Shown one piece after another: positions 1-9,083 of a stretch of 64,000 nucleotides of DNA. The first letter of the stretch is position 1. The number at the start of each line of letters is the position of its first letter. Made by a program: the position numbers and the translations under genes. The stretch lies in assembly GCF_057098645.1 (NCBI RefSeq), contig NZ_CM169472.1; one strand, given 5' to 3'. The notes beneath the pieces are model-generated. The model searched no databases. It was not told the DNA's origin and saw nothing but the letters and a program-made list of their open reading frames with translations.

Positions 1-250
1 CTTGTTGCAAAAATACGGCCCCACCGCTGGCATTATTGGTCATATCCGAAAAAACCAGCCATTGCCCATCGGCGATACTCCAGACCTGCGTAATGCCTGA
101 AAGGCTTTGCCTGCTGGCGTGACAACTCGCTTTGATATCATATCCCTGGCATAAATCAATGGCCGCCGCGACACCGTTAGCAGAGAAAAGAGATGCAATC
201 ATTGACGGGAGTAGAGATAAATACTCCTTGCGTAGAAAGATAATCCGCAT
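1..250 (-). CDS. yfaL: Autotransporter adhesin YfaL, N-terminal fragment (gene continues beyond window start)
   Basis: Minus-strand translation from ATG (complement of 248-250) reads MRIIFLRKEYLSLLPSMIASLFSANGVAA..., recognised as the YfaL signal-peptide N-terminus; no stop within window. Confidence 0.6.
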   Translation of the reverse strand, partial: MRIIFLRKEYLSLLPSMIASLFSANGVAAAIDLCQGYDIKASCHASRQSLSGITQVWSIADGQWLVFSDMTNNASGGAVFLQQ

Positions 251-783
251 ATTAATCTGACCATTATTTTATATAAGACGGCATATTTAAACGCATTATA
301 CAATATGGGTTATCTTTCTTTTGTAAATTGTCCAACCCGATGCAATAGCTATTTTGTTATTATTTAATGAATAGTATCAGTGCGTCATAATTCAAGTTAA
401 TAACCTTAAGGGATACCAGTTATATTTAAACTAAATTAAAGTAATGAATAATTTTCTTATAATATAAGGTATATTAACAAAATGGCTTCGCATTTAACAA
501 TAACCGAATAGAAAACAACCATTTCGACATCAACAATCGCTTACATTCGCTTATATATTGACCACAACTGATACATCAGATTATGTGATGACTCGTGCTT
601 AGATCAATTTTTGCAATCATTAGCAAAAAGATTAATAAACCATCTATATCAATTTATCCAACCTATTCTGCCGTTCAAGAAATCGCCGAACAGTTATTTT
701 TAACAAATTTTTCTCTTCCCATTGACTTTCCCGGACACCTTGTCTGACCTAAGGTGCGCGAAAGCCACTTTTTCCTTCCTGAG

Positions 784-804
784 TTATCCACAAAGTTATG
801 CACT
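784..804 (+). promoter_or_regulatory. Two adjacent DnaA boxes (TTATCCACA at 784-792, TTATGCACT at 796-804) upstream of nrdA
   Basis: Exact and 8/9 matches to DnaA box consensus TTATNCACA read directly; nrdAB promoter is known to carry DnaA boxes. Confidence 0.6.
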
Positions 805-821
805 TGCAAGAGGGCCATTTT

Positions 822-867
822 CACACTATCTTGCAGTGAATCCCAAACATACCCCCTATATATAGTG
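822..867 (+). promoter_or_regulatory. Two putative NrdR boxes (CACACTATCTTGCAGTG and CCCCTATATATAGTG) about 31 bp apart at the nrdAB core promoter
   Basis: Palindrome-like 16-17 bp motifs with AT core about 80-120 bp upstream of nrdA ATG; spacing of about three helical turns fits NrdR box pairs. Confidence 0.5.
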
Positions 868-945
868 TTCTAAGCAGCTTCCCGTACTACAGGTAGTCTG
901 CACGAAACTATTGCGGAAAGAATTCCAAAAACAGGTACGACATAC

Positions 946-3231
946 ATGAATCAGAATCTGCTGGTGACAAAGCGCGACGGTAGCACAGAGCGCATCAATC
1001 TCGACAAAATCCATCGCGTTCTGGATTGGGCGGCAGAAGGACTGCATAACGTTTCGATTTCCCAGGTCGAGCTGCGCTCCCACATTCAGTTTTATGACGG
1101 TATCAAGACCTCTGACATCCACGAAACTATTATCAAGGCTGCCGCAGACCTGATCTCCCGTGATGCGCCGGATTATCAGTATCTCGCCGCGCGCCTGGCG
1201 ATCTTCCACCTGCGTAAAAAAGCCTACGGCCAGTTTGAGCCGCCTGCGCTGTACGACCACGTGGTGAAAATGGTCGAGATGGGCAAATACGATAATCATC
1301 TGCTGGAAGACTACACGGAAGAAGAGTTCAAGCAGATGGACACGTTTATCGATCACGACCGTGATATGACCTTCTCTTATGCTGCCGTTAAGCAACTGGA
1401 AGGCAAATATCTGGTACAGAACCGCGTGACCGGCGAAATCTACGAAAGCGCCCAGTTCCTTTATATTCTGGTTGCCGCGTGCCTGTTCTCGAACTACCCG
1501 CGTGAAACGCGCCTGCAATATGTGAAGCGTTTTTACGACGCGGTTTCCACATTTAAAATTTCGCTGCCGACGCCAATCATGTCCGGCGTGCGTACCCCGA
1601 CTCGTCAGTTCAGCTCCTGCGTGCTGATCGAGTGCGGCGACAGCCTGGATTCCATCAACGCCACCTCCAGCGCGATTGTGAAATATGTTTCCCAGCGTGC
1701 CGGGATCGGCATCAACGCCGGGCGTATTCGTGCGCTGGGTAGCCCGATTCGCGGTGGCGAAGCGTTCCATACCGGCTGCATTCCGTTCTACAAACATTTC
1801 CAGACTGCGGTGAAATCCTGCTCTCAGGGCGGCGTGCGCGGCGGTGCGGCAACGCTGTTCTACCCGATGTGGCATCTGGAAGTGGAAAGCCTGCTGGTGT
1901 TGAAAAACAACCGTGGTGTGGAAGGCAACCGCGTGCGCCATATGGACTACGGGGTACAGATCAACAAACTGATGTATACCCGCCTGCTGAAAGGTGAAGA
2001 TATCACCCTGTTCAGCCCGTCCGACGTACCGGGGCTGTACGACGCATTCTTCGCCGATCAGGAAGAGTTTGAACGCCTGTATACCAAATATGAGAAAGAC
2101 GACAGCATCCGCAAGCAGCGTGTGAAAGCCGTTGAGCTGTTCTCGCTGATGATGCAGGAACGTGCATCTACCGGTCGTATCTATATTCAGAACGTTGACC
2201 ACTGCAATACCCATAGCCCGTTTGATCCGGCCATCGCGCCAGTGCGTCAGTCTAACCTGTGCCTGGAGATAGCCCTGCCGACCAAACCGCTGAACGACGT
2301 CAACGACGAGAACGGTGAAATCGCGCTGTGTACGCTGTCTGCTTTCAACCTGGGCGCAATTAATAGCCTGGATGAACTGGAAGAGCTGGCAATTCTGGCG
2401 GTTCGTGCACTTGACGCGCTGCTGGATTATCAGGATTACCCGATCCCGGCCGCCAAACGTGGAGCGATGGGTCGTCGTACGCTGGGTATTGGTGTGATCA
2501 ACTTCGCTTACTACCTGGCGAAGCACGGTAAACGTTACTCCGACGGCAGCGCCAACAACCTGACGCATAAAACCTTCGAAGCGATTCAGTATTACCTGCT
2601 GAAAGCGTCTAATGAGCTGGCGAAAGAGCAAGGCGCGTGCCCGTGGTTTAACGAAACCACTTACGCGAAAGGGATCCTGCCGATCGATACCTATAAGAAA
2701 GATCTGGATGCCATCGCTAATGAACCACTGCATTACGACTGGGAAGCACTGCGTGAATCGATCAAAACGCACGGTCTGCGTAACTCCACGCTTTCTGCCC
2801 TGATGCCGTCCGAGACTTCTTCACAGATCTCTAACGCCACTAACGGTATTGAACCGCCGCGCGGTTACGTCAGCATCAAAGCGTCGAAAGACGGTATTCT
2901 GCGCCAGGTGGTGCCGGACTACGAGCATCTGCACGACGCCTATGAGCTGCTGTGGGAAATGCCGGGTAACGATGGCTACCTGCAACTGGTAGGTATCATG
3001 CAGAAATTTATCGATCAGTCGATCTCTGCTAACACCAACTACGATCCGTCACGCTTCCCGTCAGGAAAAGTGCCGATGCAGCAGTTGCTGAAAGACCTGC
3101 TCACCGCCTACAAATTCGGGGTCAAAACGCTGTATTATCAGAACACCCGTGACGGCGCTGAAGACGCGCAGGACGATCTGGTGCCGTCAATCCAGGACGA
3201 TGGCTGCGAAAGCGGCGCATGTAAGATCTGA
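946..3231 (+). CDS. nrdA: Ribonucleoside-diphosphate reductase 1, alpha subunit
   Basis: 761-aa ORF, MNQNLLVTKRDGSTERINLDKIHRVLDWAAEGL...; class Ia RNR large subunit; followed by nrdB and yfaE. Confidence 0.97.
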   Translation: MNQNLLVTKRDGSTERINLDKIHRVLDWAAEGLHNVSISQVELRSHIQFYDGIKTSDIHETIIKAAADLISRDAPDYQYLAARLAIFHLRKKAYGQFEPPALYDHVVKMVEMGKYDNHLLEDYTEEEFKQMDTFIDHDRDMTFSYAAVKQLEGKYLVQNRVTGEIYESAQFLYILVAACLFSNYPRETRLQYVKRFYDAVSTFKISLPTPIMSGVRTPTRQFSSCVLIECGDSLDSINATSSAIVKYVSQRAGIGINAGRIRALGSPIRGGEAFHTGCIPFYKHFQTAVKSCSQGGVRGGAATLFYPMWHLEVESLLVLKNNRGVEGNRVRHMDYGVQINKLMYTRLLKGEDITLFSPSDVPGLYDAFFADQEEFERLYTKYEKDDSIRKQRVKAVELFSLMMQERASTGRIYIQNVDHCNTHSPFDPAIAPVRQSNLCLEIALPTKPLNDVNDENGEIALCTLSAFNLGAINSLDELEELAILAVRALDALLDYQDYPIPAAKRGAMGRRTLGIGVINFAYYLAKHGKRYSDGSANNLTHKTFEAIQYYLLKASNELAKEQGACPWFNETTYAKGILPIDTYKKDLDAIANEPLHYDWEALRESIKTHGLRNSTLSALMPSETSSQISNATNGIEPPRGYVSIKASKDGILRQVVPDYEHLHDAYELLWEMPGNDGYLQLVGIMQKFIDQSISANTNYDPSRFPSGKVPMQQLLKDLLTAYKFGVKTLYYQNTRDGAEDAQDDLVPSIQDDGCESGACKI

Positions 3232-3240
3232 TATTGAGAT

Positions 3241-3530
3241 GCCGGATGCGGCGTAAACGCCTTATCAGGCCTACGGCTCGGTTTGTAGGCCTGATAAGAC
3301 GCGCCAGCGTCGCATCAGGCTCCGGGTGCCGGATGCAGCGTGAACGCCTTATCCGGCCTACGACTCGGATTTGTAGGCCTGATAAGACGCGCCAGCGTCG
3401 CATCAGGCTCCGGGTGCCGGATGCAGCGTGAACGCCTTATCCGGCCTACGACTCGGATTTGTAGGCCTGATAAGACGCGCCAGCGTCGCATCAGGCACAG
3501 GATGCGGCGTAAAATGCCTTATCCGGCATT
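3241..3530. repeat. BIME/REP array: three tandem ~88-bp units of inverted REP palindromes in the nrdA-nrdB intergenic region
   Basis: Units start near 3241, 3327 and 3415; each has GCCGGATGC(A/G)GCGT(A/G)AACGCCTTATCCGGCCTAC followed by GTAGGCCTGATAAGACGCGCCAGCGTCGCATCAGGC. Confidence 0.85.
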
Positions 3531-3552
3531 AAACTCCCAACAGGACACACTC

Positions 3553-4683
3553 ATGGCATATACCACCTTTTCACAGACGAAAAATGATCAGCTCAAAGAA
3601 CCGATGTTCTTTGGTCAGCCGGTCAACGTGGCTCGCTACGATCAGCAAAAATATGACATCTTCGAAAAGCTGATCGAAAAGCAGCTCTCTTTCTTCTGGC
3701 GTCCGGAAGAAGTTGACGTTTCTCGTGACCGTATCGATTACCAGGCGCTGCCTGAACACGAAAAACACATTTTTATCAGCAACCTGAAATACCAGACGTT
3801 GCTCGATTCAATTCAGGGTCGTAGCCCGAACGTGGCACTGCTGCCGCTGATCTCGATCCCGGAACTGGAAACCTGGGTAGAAACCTGGGCGTTCTCAGAA
3901 ACGATTCATTCCCGTTCCTATACTCATATCATTCGTAATATCGTTAACGATCCGTCAGTTGTGTTTGACGATATCGTCACCAACGAGCAGATCCAGAAAC
4001 GTGCGGAAGGGATCTCCAGCTACTACGATGAGCTGATCGAAATGACCAGCTACTGGCACCTGCTGGGCGAAGGCACCCACACTGTTAACGGTAAAACCGT
4101 GACCGTTAGCCTGCGCGAGCTGAAGAAAAAACTGTATCTCTGCCTGATGAGCGTTAACGCGCTGGAAGCGATCCGCTTCTACGTCAGCTTTGCTTGTTCC
4201 TTTGCCTTTGCAGAACGCGAACTGATGGAAGGTAACGCCAAAATTATTCGCCTGATTGCCCGCGACGAAGCCCTGCACCTGACCGGTACTCAGCATATGC
4301 TGAATCTGCTGCGCAGCGGTGCGGATGATCCGGAGATGGCGGAAATTGCCGAAGAATGTAAGCAGGAATGCTATGACCTGTTTGTCCAGGCGGCACAGCA
4401 AGAGAAAGACTGGGCGGATTATCTGTTCCGTGACGGTTCGATGATTGGTCTGAATAAAGACATTCTCTGCCAGTACGTTGAATATATCACCAATATCCGC
4501 ATGCAGGCAGTCGGTTTGGATCTGCCGTTCCAGACGCGCTCCAACCCGATCCCGTGGATCAACACCTGGCTGGTGTCTGATAACGTGCAGGTTGCTCCGC
4601 AGGAAGTGGAAGTCAGTTCTTATCTGGTCGGGCAGATTGACTCGGAAGTGGACACCGACGATTTGAGTAACTTCCAGCTCTGA
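3553..4683 (+). CDS. nrdB: Ribonucleoside-diphosphate reductase 1, beta subunit
   Basis: ATG at 3553 gives [37 protein letters not shown]..., 376 aa; the longer ORF-track call from 3340 reads through the REP array and is not used. Confidence 0.95.
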
Positions 4684-4937
4684 TGGCTAGCGTTACCCTG
4701 CGCATCACTGGCACACAACTGCTGTGCCAGGATGAACACCCTTCCCTTCTGGCGGCGCTGGAATCCCACAATGTGGCGGTTGAGTACCAGTGCCGCGAAG
4801 GTTACTGCGGCTCCTGTCGCACCCGACTGGTCGCAGGCCAGGTGGACTGGATTGCCGAACCGTTAGCTTTTATTCAGCCGGGGGAAATTTTGCCCTGTTG
4901 TTGCCGGGCAAAAGGCGATATTGAAATCGAGTTGTGA
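4683..4937 (+). CDS. yfaE: 2Fe-2S ferredoxin YfaE (supports NrdB cofactor maintenance)
   Basis: 84-aa ORF with CxxxxCxxC...C pattern (CREGYCGSCRTRLV...PCCC); start ATG shares one nucleotide with the nrdB stop (TGATG). Confidence 0.9.
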   Translation: MASVTLRITGTQLLCQDEHPSLLAALESHNVAVEYQCREGYCGSCRTRLVAGQVDWIAEPLAFIQPGEILPCCCRAKGDIEIEL

Positions 4938-4948
4938 TCGGGTACTAG

Positions 4949-4985
4949 CGCCAGATACGACGCTTACGCGTATTATCTGGCCTAC
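4949..4985. repeat. REP-like palindrome between convergent yfaE and inaA
   Basis: GCCAGATACGACGCTTACGCGTATTATCTGGCCTAC: inverted repeat GCCAGATA/TATCTGGC with REP-like tail. Confidence 0.5.
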
Positions 4986-4990
4986 AACGA

Positions 4991-5641
4991 TTACATGGCG
5001 TAGTAATACGCTTTTACCTGCTCCCAGTCCGCTTTGGGGATCGGCTCCAGATATTTTTCCAGCTGGCGGAAGTCATGATTAATCGCTTTATCGCGACGCA
5101 AGCGGCGACGACTTTTCTCCAGATCAAGAAAACCAGCTTCTGCCTTACCTTCTGTTTTCACATAGATATGGCGAACATAACAACAGCCATGCTGACGATT
5201 AATGCTATGCATTTTCTTAAACGCCAGCGCCACTGCTTTCAACATGGCTTGCCGTACTTCGTCAGAATAAGGCGATACTGCATGCTGGGCATACCAGTCA
5301 GCAATGCTGATGAACCCCGCCATATCTTCAGTCACCAGCAACGCGCGCCATTCCCCCTCAATTTTCACCGCTTCACCAAAAACGATCTTCGGCACGATGA
5401 CACCGGCCCGTTCCAGTTCTTTAATTACCGCAACCTCACGGACAATCGTTGGTCGGCCGAAAGGATAACGTACGGAATGAAACAGATGATGCGTCATGCG
5501 CTTTACATATAGCTTTTTGCCGTTGCGCTCGACGCATTGCACCCCGCTCATACCATTACGGCGATAGTTAGGCTCTTCAACCCAGTCGCCCTCTGTTGCC
5601 CACCAGTGATTAAATTCGTCGTGCTTTGCTGAAACTGCCAT
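4991..5641 (-). CDS. inaA: Acid-inducible Kdo/WaaP-family lipopolysaccharide kinase InaA
   Basis: 216-aa ORF MAVSAKHDEFNHWWATEGDWVEEPNYRRNGMSGVQCVERNGKKLYVKRM...; recognised as InaA. Confidence 0.9.
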   Translation of the reverse strand: MAVSAKHDEFNHWWATEGDWVEEPNYRRNGMSGVQCVERNGKKLYVKRMTHHLFHSVRYPFGRPTIVREVAVIKELERAGVIVPKIVFGEAVKIEGEWRALLVTEDMAGFISIADWYAQHAVSPYSDEVRQAMLKAVALAFKKMHSINRQHGCCYVRHIYVKTEGKAEAGFLDLEKSRRRLRRDKAINHDFRQLEKYLEPIPKADWEQVKAYYYAM

Positions 5642-5721
5642 ACCCTATCGCCTGTCATTTTTTATTAACGACAATGACTATAGGTGGTTACCTGCGAAAA
5701 ATCTTAATGAAACGTGTCGTA

Positions 5722-6912
5722 TTAATGAATTTCTTTTGCCACTACTAGCGCGACACCGCTTTTACCCTTCATTTGCAGCGCATAGACTCCACCAGCCACT
5801 ACCACTAATAGTGCGCCCAGCAGATAAATCATTTGGTAGCCAGTATGTGCAACCATCATCCCCATCACACAGGCTCCCAGCGCCAGGCCTGCATCCATCG
5901 CATTGAAGAAGAGGGAGTTTGCGACACCGATTTTATGCGGTTCCACTGAACTGATAATCTGCGTCTGAAAAACTGGCGTCACGGAACCATACCCGATACC
6001 AATCAACGCGCCAGAAACGACCATCATTACGCTGCCCTGGGTGTAGCCGAGAACCACCAGCCCAACCGTAAAGAACAGCAGGCAGGGGTAAACCACATAT
6101 TTCGGGCCTTTTTTGTCGCAAACATTGCCGGTGAAGGTACGGCAGATCATCAGGAAGATGGCGTAGCAGAGCAGGAAATTACTGGCCGCCGACATCAGAT
6201 TAAGTTCGCGGGCGTAAAGCGCCAGAAAGGCAGAAACCCCGGCATACGAAAAGGTCATAAAGAATGTAACCATGGCAAACGGCAATGCCGCGCGATCGAA
6301 CATGGCGGCGAAGCCCATCTTTGGCTTTGAACCGTCGGCATGGCTGATAACCGGCGGCACGGTCATAATCAGCGACAGGATAATCCCCACCGCCGCAACG
6401 CCAGTACATAACCAGAAAGCCATATTAAAGGCCTCCCAGCGCGCCATATTCAGGCCAATCCACGGCCCGACCACCATTGCCAGCCCCATTGCCAGAGAGA
6501 AAAAACTGATGCCCTCCCCACGTCGGGAGGCCGGGATCAGCCGCGCGGAAATCGTTCCCTTTACCGTTGTGATAACCCCGAAGGTAATACCATGAAGCAC
6601 CCTAATAAAAAGCAGTGATTCTATTGAGTGGCAAAAAGGATACAGCGCAGTGACCACCAAAAAGGCCAGAGAAGAGAGCACCAGAATAGTTTTATTCGAA
6701 TATTTACTCACCCATTGCCCGGCAAAGGGTCGAATAACAATCGCCGCAATTAAAAATAAAGTCACCAGCAGACCAGCTTTATCAGGGGATGCCTGGAGAC
6801 GATCGGAGATATAAATAGGTAATAAGGTCAGCAACACATAAAAGACGAAAAAGATAATAAAGCTAATAATGGTGATTGCCCAAAAATCTTTCGTCCATAA
6901 TTTTTCTTTCAT
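5722..6912 (-). CDS. Major facilitator superfamily transporter (12-TM-like, uncharacterised substrate)
   Basis: Hydrophobic multi-span protein; start set at MKEKLWTKDF (internal to the 416-aa ORF-track call) because the helical region begins there; divergent from a LysR regulator. Confidence 0.8.
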   Translation of the reverse strand: MKEKLWTKDFWAITIISFIIFFVFYVLLTLLPIYISDRLQASPDKAGLLVTLFLIAAIVIRPFAGQWVSKYSNKTILVLSSLAFLVVTALYPFCHSIESLLFIRVLHGITFGVITTVKGTISARLIPASRRGEGISFFSLAMGLAMVVGPWIGLNMARWEAFNMAFWLCTGVAAVGIILSLIMTVPPVISHADGSKPKMGFAAMFDRAALPFAMVTFFMTFSYAGVSAFLALYARELNLMSAASNFLLCYAIFLMICRTFTGNVCDKKGPKYVVYPCLLFFTVGLVVLGYTQGSVMMVVSGALIGIGYGSVTPVFQTQIISSVEPHKIGVANSLFFNAMDAGLALGACVMGMMVAHTGYQMIYLLGALLVVVAGGVYALQMKGKSGVALVVAKEIH

Positions 6913-7076
6913 ACTAAACGACCCGTTCAAATGGCGCACAAGGACACCGCTCAGCATCACAGGCTGAACCACTACAGGTGCGTCAAAATGTGATTTACTC
7001 GATAGAAATAGAGTATAAATGGATGCACTCTATAAGAGAAATTAATCGTTTTAATCATATTAATTAGATATTACTA

Positions 7077-7955
7077 ATGACACTAACCCAAATCCACACC
7101 CTGCTCGCCGTACTGGATTATGGCGGCTTTACCGAAGCCAGTAAGCGCCTGTTTATGACGCAATCCGCCGTAAGCCAGGCCATTGCCACCCTGGAGCAAG
7201 AGCTTGGCGTAGAGATCCTGATCCGCGAGCGGCGAAAAGCACTGCAGCTGACTGACGCCGGCTCACGCATCGCAAGCCATCTGCGGGCGATTACCCGTGA
7301 AGTGAACGCTGTGAAAGAAATTGCCGAGCAGGAAAAACATAACCCGACCAGAACGCTGCGCATCGGCTGCTTTCCCAGCGCCTGCGCGTGTATTTTACCG
7401 GGTATTATTCGCTATTTTGAAACTTATCATCCGCAGATAAAAATCATTCCTTACGAAGAGAACAGCAGTGAAATTATTGATTCGGTGCAAAACGAAACTA
7501 TCGATGCCGGTTTTGTCCATTTTCCGGTAACCGGAATGTATTCCGTCCCGGTATATCAGGATAAATTTACCGTGGTGCTGCCAGATGCTCATCCCCTGGC
7601 AAAAAATAACGCTATATCGGTGGAAGAACTGGTGGGAGAACCGCTCATTATCAGTAAGGGGCGTTATGAATTAAGCATTATGGCGTTATTTAAGGAAAAG
7701 AATATTACGCCGGTCATTAAATATGAATTTAACCATCCAGATACGGCAATAAGTTTTATTCGCCAGGGATTAGGAATTGCTCTGTTACCGGAGCTGACGC
7801 TGAAAGCCGTCGCCGGTGAGTTATGCTCTGTCCCGCTGGAGCCGACGTTTTATCGGCAAATTTCATTGCTGGTCAAAGAGGCGCCGGTAGAAGGCAGCCC
7901 ATTGTTTTTATTGCAAATGTGTATGGAAACCCTGGTGGTCAAAGGCATATTGTGA
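7077..7955 (+). CDS. LysR-family transcriptional regulator (intact; occupies the position of the K-12 yfaH pseudogene)
   Basis: 292-aa ORF with typical LysR N-terminal HTH (...FTEASKRLFMTQSAVSQAIATLEQELGVEIL...) and co-inducer domain; divergent from the MFS gene. Confidence 0.8.
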   Translation: MTLTQIHTLLAVLDYGGFTEASKRLFMTQSAVSQAIATLEQELGVEILIRERRKALQLTDAGSRIASHLRAITREVNAVKEIAEQEKHNPTRTLRIGCFPSACACILPGIIRYFETYHPQIKIIPYEENSSEIIDSVQNETIDAGFVHFPVTGMYSVPVYQDKFTVVLPDAHPLAKNNAISVEELVGEPLIISKGRYELSIMALFKEKNITPVIKYEFNHPDTAISFIRQGLGIALLPELTLKAVAGELCSVPLEPTFYRQISLLVKEAPVEGSPLFLLQMCMETLVVKGIL

Positions 7956-7958
7956 AAA

Positions 7959-7992
7959 GGGCATCCGGTCAGGTTTTGCCTTCCCGGATGCC
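7959..7992. terminator. Hairpin (GGCATCCGG...CCGGATGCC) between convergent LysR gene and glpQ
   Basis: 9-bp inverted repeat with ~15-nt loop immediately after the LysR stop and before the glpQ stop. Confidence 0.4.
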
Positions 7993-7999
7993 TGTGTCA

Positions 8000-9079
8000 T
8001 TAATTATCTTTATGCAGGAATTTAACCGCTTTATCAGGGAAATCAGTAAACAACCCATTTACACCCGCTTTGTTATATAGAGCATCATATAACTGATTCA
8101 CATCAGTTGTGTATTCAGGCAGTTTATCTGACCGCACGGTATAAGGATGCACTACCAGCTTGTTCTGCTGAGCATCTTGCACCATGCCAGTGAGTTTGAT
8201 ATTACCCGGCTGCGATGTCTCCTCAATCAACATATGGTAATCCGGACCAATACCATCTGCATATTCCGCCACCTGTTTCATGACACCCGGCTTAAACATC
8301 CAGTCGTAGTTGTAATTAACCCAGCTTCCATCCGGCTGTTTCTGCTGCGTTTCATTCCAGTCGGTATAGGCAATCAGCTGTACCAGATTGAGATCCATGC
8401 CCATTTTGGGTTCCAGCTCATTCTTAATACGCTTCAGCTCATCAGCATCAAAACATTGCAAATAAACTTTATCGTCTTTACCGGTGTAACCATATTTCTT
8501 CAGCACTTCCAGCGTTTTTGCCGCAATATCCTTCCCTTCCTGATGATGGAACCACGGCGCTTTGATTTCTGGATAGATACCGATATTTTTCCCGGTAGAG
8601 TGATTTAACCCCTGAACAAATTCAATCTCTTCTTCAAAGGTGTGCACCCGGAAGTCGGACTTACCCATTGGGAAACGCCCTGGATAAGTCTGCACTTTTT
8701 TACCGTTTTCAATATCGAAACCTTCGGTAAATTTCAACGACTTAATTTCATCCAGAGTGAAATCTATCGCGTAGTAACGACCGTCTTTGCGCGCCCGATC
8801 CGGGAAACGATCGGCAACATCAGTAACACGATCGAGGTAATGGTCATGCAGAACAACCAGATGGTCGTCTTTGGTCATCACCAAATCCTGTTCCAGATAA
8901 TCCGCTCCCTGCGCATACGCCATCGCTTTTGCTGGCAGCGTATGCTCCGGCAAATATCCACTGGCACCGCGATGGGCGATGACTATTTTTTCGTTGCTGT
9001 CCGCCGCCATTGCACTGCTTCCCATGACTATAGTGCTCATCATGATCGCCATGCTAAGGTTTTTCAGCGTCAATTTCAT
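8000..9079 (-). CDS. glpQ: Periplasmic glycerophosphodiester phosphodiesterase
   Basis: Start at MKLTLKNLSMAIMMSTIVMGSSAMAADSNEKIVIAHRGASGYLPEHT... (signal peptide + GDPD domain); the ORF-track call extends 19 codons upstream. Confidence 0.95.
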   Translation of the reverse strand: MKLTLKNLSMAIMMSTIVMGSSAMAADSNEKIVIAHRGASGYLPEHTLPAKAMAYAQGADYLEQDLVMTKDDHLVVLHDHYLDRVTDVADRFPDRARKDGRYYAIDFTLDEIKSLKFTEGFDIENGKKVQTYPGRFPMGKSDFRVHTFEEEIEFVQGLNHSTGKNIGIYPEIKAPWFHHQEGKDIAAKTLEVLKKYGYTGKDDKVYLQCFDADELKRIKNELEPKMGMDLNLVQLIAYTDWNETQQKQPDGSWVNYNYDWMFKPGVMKQVAEYADGIGPDYHMLIEETSQPGNIKLTGMVQDAQQNKLVVHPYTVRSDKLPEYTTDVNQLYDALYNKAGVNGLFTDFPDKAVKFLHKDN

Positions 9080-9083
9080 GCCA

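Noticed and set aside
856-2772. 638-aa ORF antisense to nrdA
   Set aside because: Lies wholly inside and opposite the recognised nrdA frame; long antisense ORFs are expected by chance in GC-rich, codon-biased genes; no SD or domain-like sequence
3241-3530. Possible CRISPR array (regular repeats)
   Set aside because: Units are ~88 bp, internally palindromic and contiguous without unique spacers, and there are no cas genes; this is a REP/BIME array
3340-3552. N-terminal extension of the nrdB ORF through the REP array
   Set aside because: The extension translates REP palindromes into Arg-rich low-complexity peptide; the recognised NrdB N-terminus begins at ATG 3553
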